A stretch of DNA of 64,000 nt from Octopus vulgaris (Eukaryota): assembly GCA_951406725.2 (NCBI GenBank), contig OX597815.1, positions 62,001 to 126,000 of the forward strand. The letters are read 5' to 3'. The position numbers were made by a program, and so were the translations under genes. The stretch's first letter is position 1. Every line of letters starts with the position of its first letter. The notes under the pieces were generated by a model that saw only the letters and a program-made list of their open reading frames with translations, ran no database searches and had not been told where the DNA came from. This document shows positions 1-13,994 of this stretch, piece by piece.

Positions 1-215
1 TTGCTCGAATATCACACTTTGACAGTTCCATTTCAGATGATTGTAACAATGGTGATAAAATATCAATGTTGATCTATTGATGCATTTGGGCAAGTCTATG
101 TCTGCACTATCAGACAATTGCAAAAAAATGTTTAAAAAAATTCAAAACTCTACAAAAATCCAGTACAAATTCTTCATGGTTCAAAATGTTGCTTACTTTT
201 TACTCAACCGGCTAC
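1..215 (-). mobile_element. mariner-like DNA transposon left end (cut by the window edge)
   Basis: Minus strand reads ATG GAA CTG TCA AAG TGT GAT ATT CGA GCA (MELSKCDIRA), resembling a mariner transposase N-terminus. The sequence ends in a TIR-like ...TTACTTTTTACTCAACC near TA. Confidence 0.45.
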
Positions 216-1103
216 ATATATTCGATTAGAGGTTGTGTTAACCTCATGAAGGGATGATTTCATCCAACAAAATACTGGTTCAATACCTAGCATGTTCGGA
301 GAATTAATTTCCTTAAAATAATAGGTGTATACATAAAAACATAGTTTATATTCATGTAAAAGAAGAAAAAGAAAATGGAAATTGGGAAGTTAATAATTGC
401 TTATTATTAACAGCAAATTAATCATCTTCACTTACAGCTGTTTCAATTAATACTTAGTAAATATTAAATTTATATTTATATGACCTGAGCCAAATATCTT
501 CAGAGGGGGGAAAAATATACCCTTGGATGTTTTGTATGTGTCTATGGATTCATTATAACAGATATATATAAGAAAAAGAAAGAGGAAGTCACAATTTTGA
601 ATAATTAATTATTAAGACTTTCATCTTGTTTCAGAGAATCATTAGGAATGATATTTTGACAGAAAATTTATGCCTTTTAGATATATATTTATGTGAATTA
701 GCTGCAAAAATCTGGAGTTGAATTTGGAAGAGAATGTTTTTTGTTATTTTGGACCAATATGTGTAAGTGTGTAGTGAATTTTTGGAGGCTTGATTAGTGG
801 GAGAAAAGCGGTAAAAGAAAGGACTTTTCCTGTTTTTCATTTTTCCGTTCCTCTCCTTCTAACAAGGCCACTAAAAATTCACCACACATACTTATGCATA
901 CATATATGCACACACACACATATATACACACATAGAAAGATTCAAATTAACAAAGAACATTCTCTTTCCAATTCAGTTCTAGATTTTTTAAAAATCTAAT
1001 TCACATATATTTAAAAGTGCTAAATAAATAATTATTCAAAAGTCCTTTTGCTTAATATATAAAATTTGTACATGTTAAGAAATCAATATATACATATGTA
1101 TAC

Positions 1104-2768
1104 GATGTAATAAAGGCTATAGATGAAATGAAAATAGACTCAGCTACTGGCCCCGATGGATTCCCGGCAATCCTCCTAAAAGTACCACTGCAGTCCCTCT
1201 TTCAGAGCTTCCTTGCAGCTGGCAAACTTCCAAGGGGACTGAAGGAAGGTAAAATATGCCCTATTCATAAAGGAGGTAGCAGAGCGGAGGCAAAGAACTA
1301 CAGACCTATCTCTCTGACCTCACACATCAGCAAGGTCATGGAACGAATAGTCAGAAGGAAACTAATCACCTTCCTTGAAGAAAATGACTTGCTGCCTGAC
1401 ACCCAACATGGTTTCCGACCAGGAAGAAGCTGCTTAACTCAGCTCCTGCAGCACTATGACTGGGTGCTGAAACAACTGCTCAACCACTCAAATGTGGAAG
1501 TCATATATCTCGACTTCGCAAAGGCCTTCGATAAAGTCGATCACGGAATGATATGTCACAGGTTGCGTGATCTTGGCATAGTTGGAAAACTAGGAGAATG
1601 GCTTCACGACTTTCTGAAGAATAGAAGTCAGGTGGTAGTAGCCAATGGGGCCACTTCCATTAACACGCAAATAATGAGTGGTGTTCCACAGGGCACTGTT
1701 TTGGGACCACTACTGTTCATAATGGCCCTCTCAGACATGCCCTCAGCCACGCAGAGATCCACGATCACAAGTTATGCAGATGATACAAAAGTTTCACAGG
1801 CAATACAGAACCCTGAGGACACTAAAAACCTGCAATGTGAGCTGGACGAAATATACAAGTGGGCTGAAAAGAATAGCATGCAGTTCAATGCTGGAAAGTT
1901 TCAAGCTTTATACTATCAGCATGCAAAACTGAATGCAATACCCAATGAATACACTGGACCCGGAGGGATTGCAATCCCAGAGGCACAATCAGTGCGTGAC
2001 CTGGGTATTCACATGAGTGATGACGCGACCTTTCATGTACATGTTGCTAAACTGACAGTGAAATGTAGACGGCTGGCTGGCTGGATTCTTAGAACCTTTA
2101 GAACAAGAGAACAAGAAACCATGATGGTCCTCTGGAAGACACTTGTCCTAAGCCACTTTGACTATTGCTCTCAGCTATGGTCACCATCCAGTGTCAAGTT
2201 GATCACAGAACTTGAGGCGATCCAACGAAGCTACACAAAGAAGATAGCCTCTATGCAGAATGTAAGCTACTGGGAAAGACTCAAGAGATTAAAATTATAC
2301 TCCCTGGAGCGTAGGCGGGAAAGATATGCCATAATATACATCTGGAAGATCCTGGAGGGAAGTGTCCTGAACTTTGGCATCGAGAGTTACACAAATGCCA
2401 GAACTGGGCGCCACTGCGTGGTGCCTAGGACTCCAAACCTGCCATCAAGATGTAGGACAAGATTCTGTGATAGCCTGGGCTTCCGAGGCCCACAGCTCTT
2501 CAATATCCTCCCGAAGAACCTGAGAGACCTGCATGGGGTGGATACAGATGTCTTTAAAATGAAGCTGGATCTCTTCCTGTCTGGTGTCCCAGATGAACCA
2601 ACTTCACGGCAGGAGGGGCAGATGAGGGCAGCTGCATCGAACTCTCTCATGCACCAAATAGCAGTTGCTAGAAAGCCCCCATGAAGTAAAACCAAGTAGC
2701 AACACCAAATGGCGGTGCCCCAGCATGGCCACAGCTCACAGGCTGGAACTGGAATCAATCAATCAATC
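1104..2768 (+). mobile_element. 5'-truncated CR1/L2-group non-LTR retrotransposon (young copy)
   Basis: Homology starts in frame at 1104 (DVIKAIDEMK). It has an RT ORF, a short 3'UTR with a stem-loop and an (AATC)4 tail at 2753-2768. It sits in TA-rich sequence without a clear TSD. Confidence 0.93.
1128..2684 (+). CDS. non-LTR reverse transcriptase (C-terminal part of ORF2, no endonuclease domain)
   Basis: Uninterrupted 518 aa with the motifs GPDG, NYRPISLTS, QHGFR, YLDFAKAFDKVDH, GVPQGTVLGPLLF, YADDTK, RDLGI and DYCSQLW. Confidence 0.92.
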   Translation: MKIDSATGPDGFPAILLKVPLQSLFQSFLAAGKLPRGLKEGKICPIHKGGSRAEAKNYRPISLTSHISKVMERIVRRKLITFLEENDLLPDTQHGFRPGRSCLTQLLQHYDWVLKQLLNHSNVEVIYLDFAKAFDKVDHGMICHRLRDLGIVGKLGEWLHDFLKNRSQVVVANGATSINTQIMSGVPQGTVLGPLLFIMALSDMPSATQRSTITSYADDTKVSQAIQNPEDTKNLQCELDEIYKWAEKNSMQFNAGKFQALYYQHAKLNAIPNEYTGPGGIAIPEAQSVRDLGIHMSDDATFHVHVAKLTVKCRRLAGWILRTFRTREQETMMVLWKTLVLSHFDYCSQLWSPSSVKLITELEAIQRSYTKKIASMQNVSYWERLKRLKLYSLERRRERYAIIYIWKILEGSVLNFGIESYTNARTGRHCVVPRTPNLPSRCRTRFCDSLGFRGPQLFNILPKNLRDLHGVDTDVFKMKLDLFLSGVPDEPTSRQEGQMRAAASNSLMHQIAVARKPP

Positions 2769-3089
2769 ATATATGCTGTCATCTGAACTTTCTTCTCCCT
2801 ACTTGTGCACCATGGCATTATTCTATCATCCCTTTTATATTCTCATCCTTGTACTTTGAGGGTATACTCTAGCACATTTCCACCATCCCTCTCTCTGACT
2901 GCGATAACCATATATCTCTTCTACAGCAAAACAAGTGTTTCTGCTCTTTCATCATATTCTAACCTCTCATTACCTGGCACAAGGCCACGTCCTCCAATAC
3001 AACCCCCATCTCTCGTAGGATCTTTGTCCAGCAAATTACTTTGTAATCCCGCCAATGATGGTGTAAAAGGCAACCAGTCTACAATGTAA

Positions 3090-3326
3090 AGTGGTTGGCA
3101 TTTGGAAGGGCATCCAGCTGTAAAAAGCGTATCAAAGCAGACCTTACTGGTGCTGGTACCATGTAAAAAAAACACCCAGACTACTTTGTAAGGTGACTGG
3201 CATTAGGGAAGATATCCAGCAGTAAAAACCATGCCAAAACATACAGTGAGCCTGGTGCAGTCTTCTGGCTTGCCAACTCCCGTCAAACCCACGCTGGCAT
3301 GGAAAACGGACGTTAAATGACGATGA
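3090..3326 (+). mobile_element. SINE family B fragment (RTE-type tail)
   Basis: GGTTGGCATT.GGAAGGGCATCCAGCTGTA...GCATGGAAAACGGACGTTAAATGACGATG, shared with many copies in the window. Confidence 0.75.
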
Positions 3327-3339
3327 GACACACACACAT

Positions 3340-3545
3340 CTTAGTGTTTGTGTTGTCCCGGCCCCTGCTTGAAAGCCGATGGTGGTTTGTTTACGTCCCC
3401 GTAACAGACGTTCGACAACAGAACGATAGAATATAGTACCAGGCTTTTAAAAATTAAGTACTGGGGTAGATTTGTTCGGCTAAAACCTTTCAAGATGGTG
3501 CTCCAGCATGACTGTAGGTCACTGGTTGAAATAAGTAAAAGATAT
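3340..3545 (+). mobile_element. SINE family A, 3' half (CR1-type tail)
   Basis: TTTACGTCCCCGTAAC...AGTACCAGGCTT...GGTGCTCCAGCATG...AAGTAAAAGA matches the copies at 12.3, 21.8 and 23.2 kb. Confidence 0.75.
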
Positions 3546-5765
3546 TATATACGATATATTTACATTTAGCCACTAAAAAAAATCCATGTAAGTAAAACTA
3601 AAGACATAATACTAGACAATTTTACTCGCCAGGAGGGAAAGCGATGTGTGAGCAGGCTCCAAAAATATCGCCGTTTGCGACTATTCGAAGATGAAAATCG
3701 ATATTTAGTCCTTTATGAAGACTACTAATTTAATGACAGTGAAAACGCATCTGTAAATGATAGAAAAGCTTCAATAAAACGATGACAGAAAATCGCTCCC
3801 TGCAGATACCTTACAAAAGCAGTAGCACGTGTTTTCCGTAAACAGACATTGCTTTGGCGCGTTTTTATATAGTTCTTTAATGAATGCTTTGTTTTGAAAA
3901 TGTTTTCGGAATTAGTTACAACGAATTCCACTAAAATAGATTGTTGTGTATATTGTCATTAAGATCTGTCGAAATAACAACAAAATGAACGAAGCCTGAC
4001 TGTGTAATTTGAAAAAGACGAGACAAATATAACGAAAAAGAGGAAGGAAACCATCATTCAGGCACATGCTAAACACGTTTATTGTACGGAGGCACAAACG
4101 TGCCTTTATTATAAAAGCGCAAGACTTGGAGATGGTTTTAGACGGAGAAAACGAGAAGTTGTAAGGTTTCTGCTAATTCCAAGTGGCGAATTTCCATATG
4201 AAATGGGAATCAAATCCGAGTCGCAGACATCGCTCATCATGTGCTTAGCTTTATCACAACCGATTCTCAACCCTTCCTCTATTTTCTCTCCACCTTCCTC
4301 TCTTATTCCTTCTGTTTATAGAACGGAACATCAAAGCTTTGTTAGTAACAAATACTTTTATTAAAATATATTGACGTGCAAATGTGTTGCATCTATCAAA
4401 TTCTCGAAATTACGATTTATTCGATAATTTTTCAGCAAGTGAATTACTTATTGGTTATTTATGTAGTTTGTTATAAATGCTCAGTGCTTTTAATAACCAA
4501 GCAATAACTGTCACTGCTCCCTTTGTATTGGTAATACCAACATTCTTCTATACTTCGATTACATCGCAACCGCGAACCTCAACATAGCGACAGACAATAA
4601 TTATATCAATTTTGTGAAGATGTGGCCATTACCAAAACTAAATAAAATTGAGACAGCAATATTTAGAGCTGTTCATTGTTTTAGCATGTCATATCCACTG
4701 CAATTATATATGTTTTAAGTATTCTACTTTAATGGTTAAATGTTTGCACAAGAACTGGTTAAACTACTCAAATTTCACATTATGTACAAACAAACCTCTA
4801 AACAATGTTACATTAGGAATATGAACCAAGGAGACAGCCTAATAGTCTGCTGCGAATACAACCAGATTTCACACATTTTTTAAAGGGCATATTAGCAATG
4901 TAGTCCGAGATAGACTATGCACGGGAAAATAAGATCTGGTTGGTTACGGATGGAATGATTTTGATCCCAGAGATGTTTGATCAGGGCTCAGTCGTTGAGT
5001 GGGGTTAATAATATCCATAACAAATTACACTTGTGATTTTTGCTGAAACCTTTTTTTTATTTTTCTCTTTTTCATAGGACGACTAATAGCAAAATTCACA
5101 TTAGAGGAATGGAAATAACTGCCCCCCCCCCCCCCCCATAAAAGTTTGATGTAAGATTTCATAGTCGCAGTTCTAAACTTACACGCCTTTAATAATTGTG
5201 CTTGCTAGAATCGGAAGAGTGACGACTACCAAAATTGCGATATTTTGTGATATGGCCATTATCATTGACTTGGGTTAATAAAACGAAGTACCAGTGATGT
5301 TTGGGGATAGACTGATTTGACTACCGCCTCCCTACAAAATGTATGTCCTTGTACCTATGAAAGAAATCAATATTTCAAGTGGAAGGGCGAGCGACGTGAA
5401 GACATGCTCTCCATTCTCGGCTGAAGTTACTTCACTTATAATGACAATAAAAGCAAAGAAATATGTATGTATGTGTGTGTGTGTGTTATGTTGTGTTGTG
5501 TGTTATTTTGTGTTGTGTGTTATGTTGTGTTGTGTGTGTGTCTGTGTGAAAAGGTTGAGTTATATTTCATCCTTTATTTTGGAGGGTTCCAAAGGGCGAT
5601 TTCTGATAAAGATTCTTCATATTTTGCTGGTAGCTTACTGGCGTAAGAAAGATGCTAAAATTTGAAAGAATTTAAAAATTCTTTAAAATTTTAACATCTC
5701 TTCTCCATTTTTAACAAATTTGTTGAGTTTCTATGGGATACCTTTCCATAAATTCTCATAACTCA

Positions 5766-5824
<59 letters not shown>

Positions 5825-6179
5825 TGGTAATGCCTTTGAGAAAAAAGCATTAACTATATAACTTTCAATCTCCTGAAATATAGGGAATTACTGCATAATA
5901 AATAAATAAACCAGTATTAAAGTGCCACAAAGTGATAAGATCCAGCTCCCAAGACTGCAAACTAGTTTCTATATGTTGAAAAAAGGCATTTTACTTCAGT
6001 TAATGCCTTTGAGAAAGGCATAATTGCCCTCTATTTCATTCTTCCTCCTCTGCCTCTATAAATGACTTGTGCTTAGTCAAAAGAAAGAGATGTTCGTAGA
6101 GTGAACATATTTTGACAATTAATGTAAAAAAAAATTTGGACAATTAATACTTTCAATGAGAGAGAGAGAGAAATTGTTT

Positions 6180-6950
6180 TTCGTCACTTCTGAGCATCCG
6201 TAACATTATCGCCCCTGACTTAGTTCGTCAATTGTCAGTGAGAAAGAAAGAGACAAGAAGGTGGCAGACACCAAGTCGCACACAGTAGCAGCTTCATTCA
6301 GTCAGTGTTGCCGATTATTAAAATCTACTGACACTTCCTCTCCTACACATTGCCACAGAACTCAACACTAAGCTCTTTACTACTAACCGGCCCTGTCTAC
6401 TTTCTCTGTCTCTTCCGATGTTCGCCAAGTGACCACCACCGCAACATGACGGGGGAAATCCAAGAAAAAAAATAGAGTTTTAGAAATGTCTGTTATTATT
6501 ATAACTACTGAAATACATTAATTGTGTTACTAGACATCAATGTTGATAGTCTCTACCAAACGGATTTAATTTTTCTGATTTTTTCTCTCAATTTTATGAT
6601 AAAAGTGATGTAATGACATGGGTCAGCTTTCTCAGCCCGTCTTTCTCTTTCTCTCTGTTACTCAGCTCCACATCCACACCAAATATAAACAAACTGTAAA
6701 GATCCTTTACTAAATTATAGCAAGAATTAAAAATAAAAAGAAGAAAAGAGCAAAAATAAGACGAGAGAGAGAGAAAAGGCGAGAGAATAAGAGAGAAAAA
6801 GGTGAATGAGTGAAAGAGAAAGAGGGTCCTTTTATTTAGTGATGTCCTCTTGTTGATGATGCTGGAATCTTTCTATCTTGAAGCTCCGAATCCCTCGTTC
6901 CAACAGCCGAGTTACCGATTGCCAACAACATTTTAATTAATGAGGTAAGA
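6180..6950 (+). promoter_or_regulatory. candidate promoter and non-coding first exon
   Basis: TE-free and relatively CpG-retaining. Overlapping TCAGT initiator-like motifs at 6298-6306 and a strong donor GAG|GTAAGA at 6944/6945. Only short uORFs are present. Confidence 0.35.
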
Positions 6951-7534
6951 TATTTTTGAACATTTTCATTTAAAATGGGAGAAAACATTGCTCACTGTTG
7001 TAATGAAAGCCAGGCATGAGAGACACACAATAAGTTGAACATTGTCAAAGAATCGTTGATATTCTTTGAGAAATCTAAGACATAAATGTTGGGAATGATT
7101 TACACACAATCTCGTGCACTTGTATACATTGCAAATATTATATATGTCACACGCAAACATACACACATCAAGGGAACCTCTAAGCCCGGTCGCTCGACCT
7201 GCAAGAAAAAGCAACTAAATTTCCCTTTCATTACACCTTCATATGATATTCAAGACAATATTGGTTAAGAGACGGAAGGTGTAGACTGGAAGGGATCCCT
7301 CTGAAGCAAGGCAGACCCGGCGGGGATCACCTTCATGGCAAACAAATAAACATTTTAATTGAGGTTCGATCCTCTCAAATCTCATCACTCCAGAAATAAG
7401 CAGAGATGAACAAAAGCTGCGCAAACTTTAATGTTCTCATTATGTATTTGAAATATAAATTCCTTTCCAGCTGCACACACATAAATGCGGATATTATATG
7501 TGTGTGTGTGTGTGTAAATGCACATGGATAATGA

Positions 7535-7640
7535 TCACGGTGTTGGGTTCACGATCGTAATCTTACGAGTTCGATTCCTGGCCAGAGTAGTGCGTTGTGT
7601 CCTCAAGCAAGACACTTCATTTCACATTGCTCCCTGCCAA
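7535..7640 (+). mobile_element. tRNA-derived SINE head fragment
   Basis: B-box-like GAGTTCGATTCC followed by TTGTGTCCTCAAGCAAGACACTT. A similar piece lies at 27020-27095. Confidence 0.5.
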
Positions 7641-7764
7641 CATATCTGAAGACGGTGCAGTTCTCCTTGTCTCTAGAGTTGTTATATGCTCCAAGTTCCT
7701 CTGGGCCTAGGGACAGAAGAAATAAAGTCCGTTGTATGCGTGCCTCAGATACCAATCTCTTGTG

Positions 7765-9275
<1,511 letters not shown>

Positions 9276-12200
9276 TATATATTACTGAGAGGTAATATTT
9301 ATTCCCACTAAGACACATTCTTTACCCCTTATATATATGGTACTTGTGCGTTTAGTATATACACTACACATATACATTATATATAATGTATATATTTCAT
9401 ACAATTATGTATGTAATGTATACATATTTGTGCAAGCGTGTATACATACATACATATGCATACACACACACACACATATATACGTGTGTGTGTGTGTGTG
9501 TGTATTCATCTAGTTGCAGTTGAAGAGAGAGAGAGAAAGATACGACATCATTATGTATAATGAGGAAAAAGGATGTAAAACTGACTGGATTTAATTATGG
9601 CAACCATAAAGTCAATGTTTACCTCGTGAACAAAGAAGACTGGGTGTTCCGTGTGTCAGCCCTTGTCTGTCACTCCCGCCCTTTGACTGGCGGCGATGTC
9701 TAAGTGACATTGGTGTCATAATCAGCGGGGATGGTCATCTACCTACACACATTTGTGCACACACACGTTATTGTCATTTCTTAAGGTAATATGATTGATG
9801 TGTGTAACAATGATTTAATTAAACACGATACACGTTGTGTGTGTGTGTGTGTGTGCGCGTGCTTGTGTGGTTTCGTACGAATGGCACTCCAAGACAAGAG
9901 CTGAGATGAAATCAGGCTTCATCGAAGAGAAGGGAATCATAAAAGTAAAATAAATTTCTATTTACATAAAATGTTTGAATAATTGATCCGTTGTGATATA
10001 TTCATTTCTTTTGTTTTTTTTACCACCAAGTTCAAGGAATGAGATGTTGTGATGTGTATGCTTTTCTCTATGATGTTTGAACGTCAGTTCCAATCGCCAG
10101 AGACTCATTTACCAACGAAGGATGTTTTTTTGCTAGGTTTTGATGCCAGCTCAACTGTTTTAAGACTATGACTTCAATATTTTTCTGCTGTTCCAGAAGA
10201 ATGAAAAGCAAAGTGAACTCGCTATGTGGTGGACCCTAGATAATACTTCACCAAACAATGAAAATAGATTTGTAGAGGCTGAGACCGTTTAACATATTTT
10301 GTAAGTGCGGGTTTCTGATGTCAGATTTATTGGGAGACGTGGAGCATATTTTATGACAAACATTATTTAAAAACATTTTCCGTCTTCACGGAGACAAACC
10401 CTAAAATAAAGAGATAAACAGTTTACATGAAAAGTGGAGACAGGCATTATTTGATCTTGCGATCAAAGCGTGTCATCTTTAGACAAGGTTTCTTCCCACT
10501 TCATATTAAAGTTCTTTTCAGTTGAATAATTTCATTTCTATCAATCAACGGATTGGTTTCTCCTGAAATACAGTCTTTCACTTTATTTCAATATCCTATT
10601 TCATTGCCTCTTTTGTTACTTCACCTGCCTGGTCTTCTTATTTACTAATTACCTGTTTTTTTCTCTCTAATTACTGCAAGTTTTTCCTTCAACTTTGTTC
10701 TTTTTTCCCCTCACAATTTCCATTTTGGTGTTGTGATTGCAGAATATTTTAGTTCGATGTGTATATGAATGTATGTACACACACACACACGTGTGTGTGT
10801 GTATGGTTTTTGGTATGTGCTGTAGTAGAAGCAGTCGTAATCGGTCTCGTTTCTCAGACAGAATGGACATATCAACAGACATTATCAGTTTCAAGTAGTA
10901 GAGAGCACATTATCCACTCAAACTATATACGTTCCTGTCTCTCTCACATCTTCTGCCAGCTCTTTAAATATTTTAATCTATGTTGGCCAAGTGGTTAACA
11001 CCTCAAACTCCTGGGGTACCCGAGAGTGTGCGTTACGGTTTCACTTCCCGGCTTCAGTAATTCTCGCTTTATTTACAATGCTTTTGCGAAGAGAATGAAC
11101 ATCATAGCAGTCGTTTGGCTTCTAGGTTTCGTGTTTTATGAAATCACTATTAAGTCATTACAATTTCGTCGTGAGAATATATTGATTTCAGGTTTTGCAG
11201 TTATAATTAAACAAATAGTCATAAATTTTTATTTATTTATTTATTTTTAGTCATGAGGGAAAGCCGTTCCCATGACATTTAATGGAACCTGTAAGATTGG
11301 TAGGAGAAAGGGAAGAAGGTATCCTCCAAGTGAAGGCCTTGCCCAATGCTTACAATCGAGATGACTCTTCTAAGGCCACTCCAGGTGTCATTGGGAGTGG
11401 TGCTAAATTAGGCAACAGAAGTCTGCCATTCAAGTTAGTCCATGTTGGGATTTGAACTCTGAACAAATATTGCAAGGCATCTGTTCATCTTCCTCTTTGG
11501 ATTCGTACTTTTCCTATTGACCCTAAAAAGTTGTAAAAGTTGGCTTCAGCGAGATTTGAACTCAGAACCATTGAGTTGGAACAAATACTGCAAAACATTC
11601 TCCCCAACATTGTGTGTGTGTAATTATTTGTAAGAACATATGCAAACATAAATATATATATATAATACATATTTGCATATGCACGTGCATACATATATTC
11701 ATTCTCACGTATTTTTATTTGGATATTCAGCCTAACAAACTACCTTTATTTCTGATTTGTTTGTTTAAGGGTTTTTAGATAACAAACTGATTAATTTACA
11801 TGTTTTTGTCCCATTGTATTGAAGAACTAAATAAAGAAGAAAGTGTCAGTTTATTCTATAATGGAAGAAACTGGCACACTTCCCTTAAACCATAGCTTGA
11901 TCCCTTCGATAGCCACCCTTACATTATCTACTCTGCAATATGTGGAGATTGTCAACTGCAAGGATCTCCTTAAAAGTTTCATATAAAGTCTTTCTCTTCA
12001 CTATAAGCCTCTTCTTATGGTAAATTTACTGAAACATAGGATTTAAAAAATCTTTTCCCAGTCTGAATGTATAGTTGTATAATCTTTTCTACTAAAGGTA
12101 CAAGGGCTGAAGTCTTTTTTCGGAGGTGGGGAGTTACATTGACCCCCCCCCCAAGTGCTCAACTGGTACTTATTTCATGGACCCCAGGGGTAGTCATTGT

Positions 12201-12299
12201 GTATAAGAAATAAAGGAACTGTGGAGCACTCAACTAAATCATCTTGACCTGGGCTTCATGAAATCCTCTCACCCTCTCTTTTTTTTCTTTATTTTAAAC

Positions 12300-12694
12300 T
12301 TTTTATCCTTTATCTTTTACTTGTTCCAGTCATTAGACTGTGGCCATGCTGGGGCACCGCCTTGAAGAATTTTTAGTCGAATGAATTGACCCTAGTATTA
12401 AATGTTTTTACTAAGTCTGATACTTATTCCATCGGTCTCTTTTGCCAAACCACTAAGTTATGAGTACTTAAACATGCCAACACCTGTTGGACAAACACAG
12501 AGAGAGAGAGAGACACACACACACACACATACAACGGGTTTCTTCCAGTTTCCTTTTACCAAATTCACTCACAAGGTTTTGGTCAGCCCAAGATTATAGT
12601 AGAAGACACTTGCCCTAGGTGTCACGCAGTGGGACTGAACCCGGAACTATGTAGTTGGGAAGCATGCTTCTTACCACACAGTCACGCCTGCGCT
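12300..12694 (-). mobile_element. full-length tRNA-derived SINE family A
   Basis: Head with A-box TGACTGTGTGGT and B-box GGTTCAGTCCC, an internal (GT)n, and 3' GGCGGTGCCCCAGCATGGCCACAGTCTAATGACTG plus a TAAAAGA-repeat tail. Confidence 0.88.
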
Positions 12695-13473
12695 TGTAGA
12701 ACAAATAAAAATATTTTGATGTATTTTATGCATAAAGTATTAAAAATGATATTTCTGTACTTTAACCAATAAATATAAATAAGGTAAAGAAGTTAAGTTA
12801 TTCACTAAATGAAATTCTGTTGTCAAAATTAGAATTTCAGTTGTTATTTATGAAATTCTTTATAATTTTATTTTCACAACACATTTAGCTACAACATGGA
12901 GCATAATTGTATGTTTTATGGCTCACCAATAAGGATTCTTGCTTATATTCATAAAATTTAAACCTTCTGCCATTTCTTGTCTCTGGTACAAGGCCACAAA
13001 ATAGATGACTGAATCAATCCAGTACTCCATAAGGAGAGACAGCAATTATAAATATATTCTATGTTGTTCTCTTTGTGAAAAAGCAAAAACACAAGATTAA
13101 CTAAAAGAATTGTTTTAGGTTTGTTGCGGGGGGGGGGGATAGAATAAATTTCATTTGTTGTTTTTTACTTAGTCTTTGATTTATGATTGGAAGAGCAAAA
13201 CTTATTTAAACAAAACCGTTTTATCTCTGTGTACACATGTTCATATGATATAGAATATAAAGCTAATATCATTTCATAAGCCTTGTCTCATCATCGGAGT
13301 AAGATTCCAAAAACATGGACCAAAAATGTAACCTTGTCTATGGTTGACTTCCTAACTTTAAATTTTAATTTATGCCAGGCATCAAGTGATGTTAACAGCA
13401 GTAAATGCACAAATGATTCTAATTACTATATAATTACCAGAAAAAATCATTCTAACTGTACCTCATCTTAACA

Positions 13474-13682
13474 TTATAATAATAATAATAATAATAATAA
13501 TTGTGTACAGTGCTCAGGTGCACTACAACTCATCTAAAGTGTATATATAATCAGGTGTAGTTTCGGCGGATTTTAGAAAGCATGAGGGCCTTAAAAGATG
13601 CTTTGTCATGGCAGTCAACAACTGACGCAGGCAGTTTATTCCATGCTTCAGCAACTCTGAGCGTGAAAAAATGTTTCCGAAA
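13474..13682 (-). mobile_element. CR1 LINE extreme 3' fragment with (ATT)n tail
   Basis: Minus-strand translation FRKHFFTLRVAEAWNKLPASVVDCHDKASFKALMLSKIRRNYT*, a typical CR1 ORF2 C-terminus, followed by a short UTR and a trinucleotide tail. Confidence 0.85.
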
Positions 13683-13850
13683 TGTATTAAAAACCTAGTT
13701 TCTTAAACTAATCGAATAATTGCTGTTGGAAACAGTGCCATTGTTTCAATTCATTTTAAAAATAATGAAGAATTTAGTAAGATAACTTAGATAATCAAAC
13801 TGGATTTGGAATATGAATAAAGTGTTGATGGAAGGTTTTAATTTAGATTC

Positions 13851-13994
13851 CTTTAAAATAGGAGTGTTCTCAGGTGGGTTGCTAATTTTACTGATTTGAG
13901 GAGCACTCCCATTTATAATGTGGGTGGGGGTACTCCTATTTTCACGTACTCCTATTTTCACGTACTCCTATTTTCACGTACTCCTATTTTTAAA
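13851..13994. repeat. small MITE-like element with a 16-bp tandem array
   Basis: Inverted ends TTTAAAATAGGAGT / ACTCCTATTTTTAAA. TACTCCTATTTTCACG is repeated 3.7 times at 13931-13990. Confidence 0.6.

Noticed and set aside
2387-2758. 123-aa minus-strand ORF
   Set aside because: It is the antisense shadow of the LINE RT and has no independent motif.
10845-10900. Possible micro-exon (TTTCTCAG|ACAGAATGGAC...)
   Set aside because: The donor is weak and the ORF is only 11 codons, so it cannot be distinguished from chance.
12620-12694. tRNA-like A/B boxes
   Set aside because: These are SINE heads continuing into a shared body. No complete cloverleaf was seen, so no tRNA gene is called.
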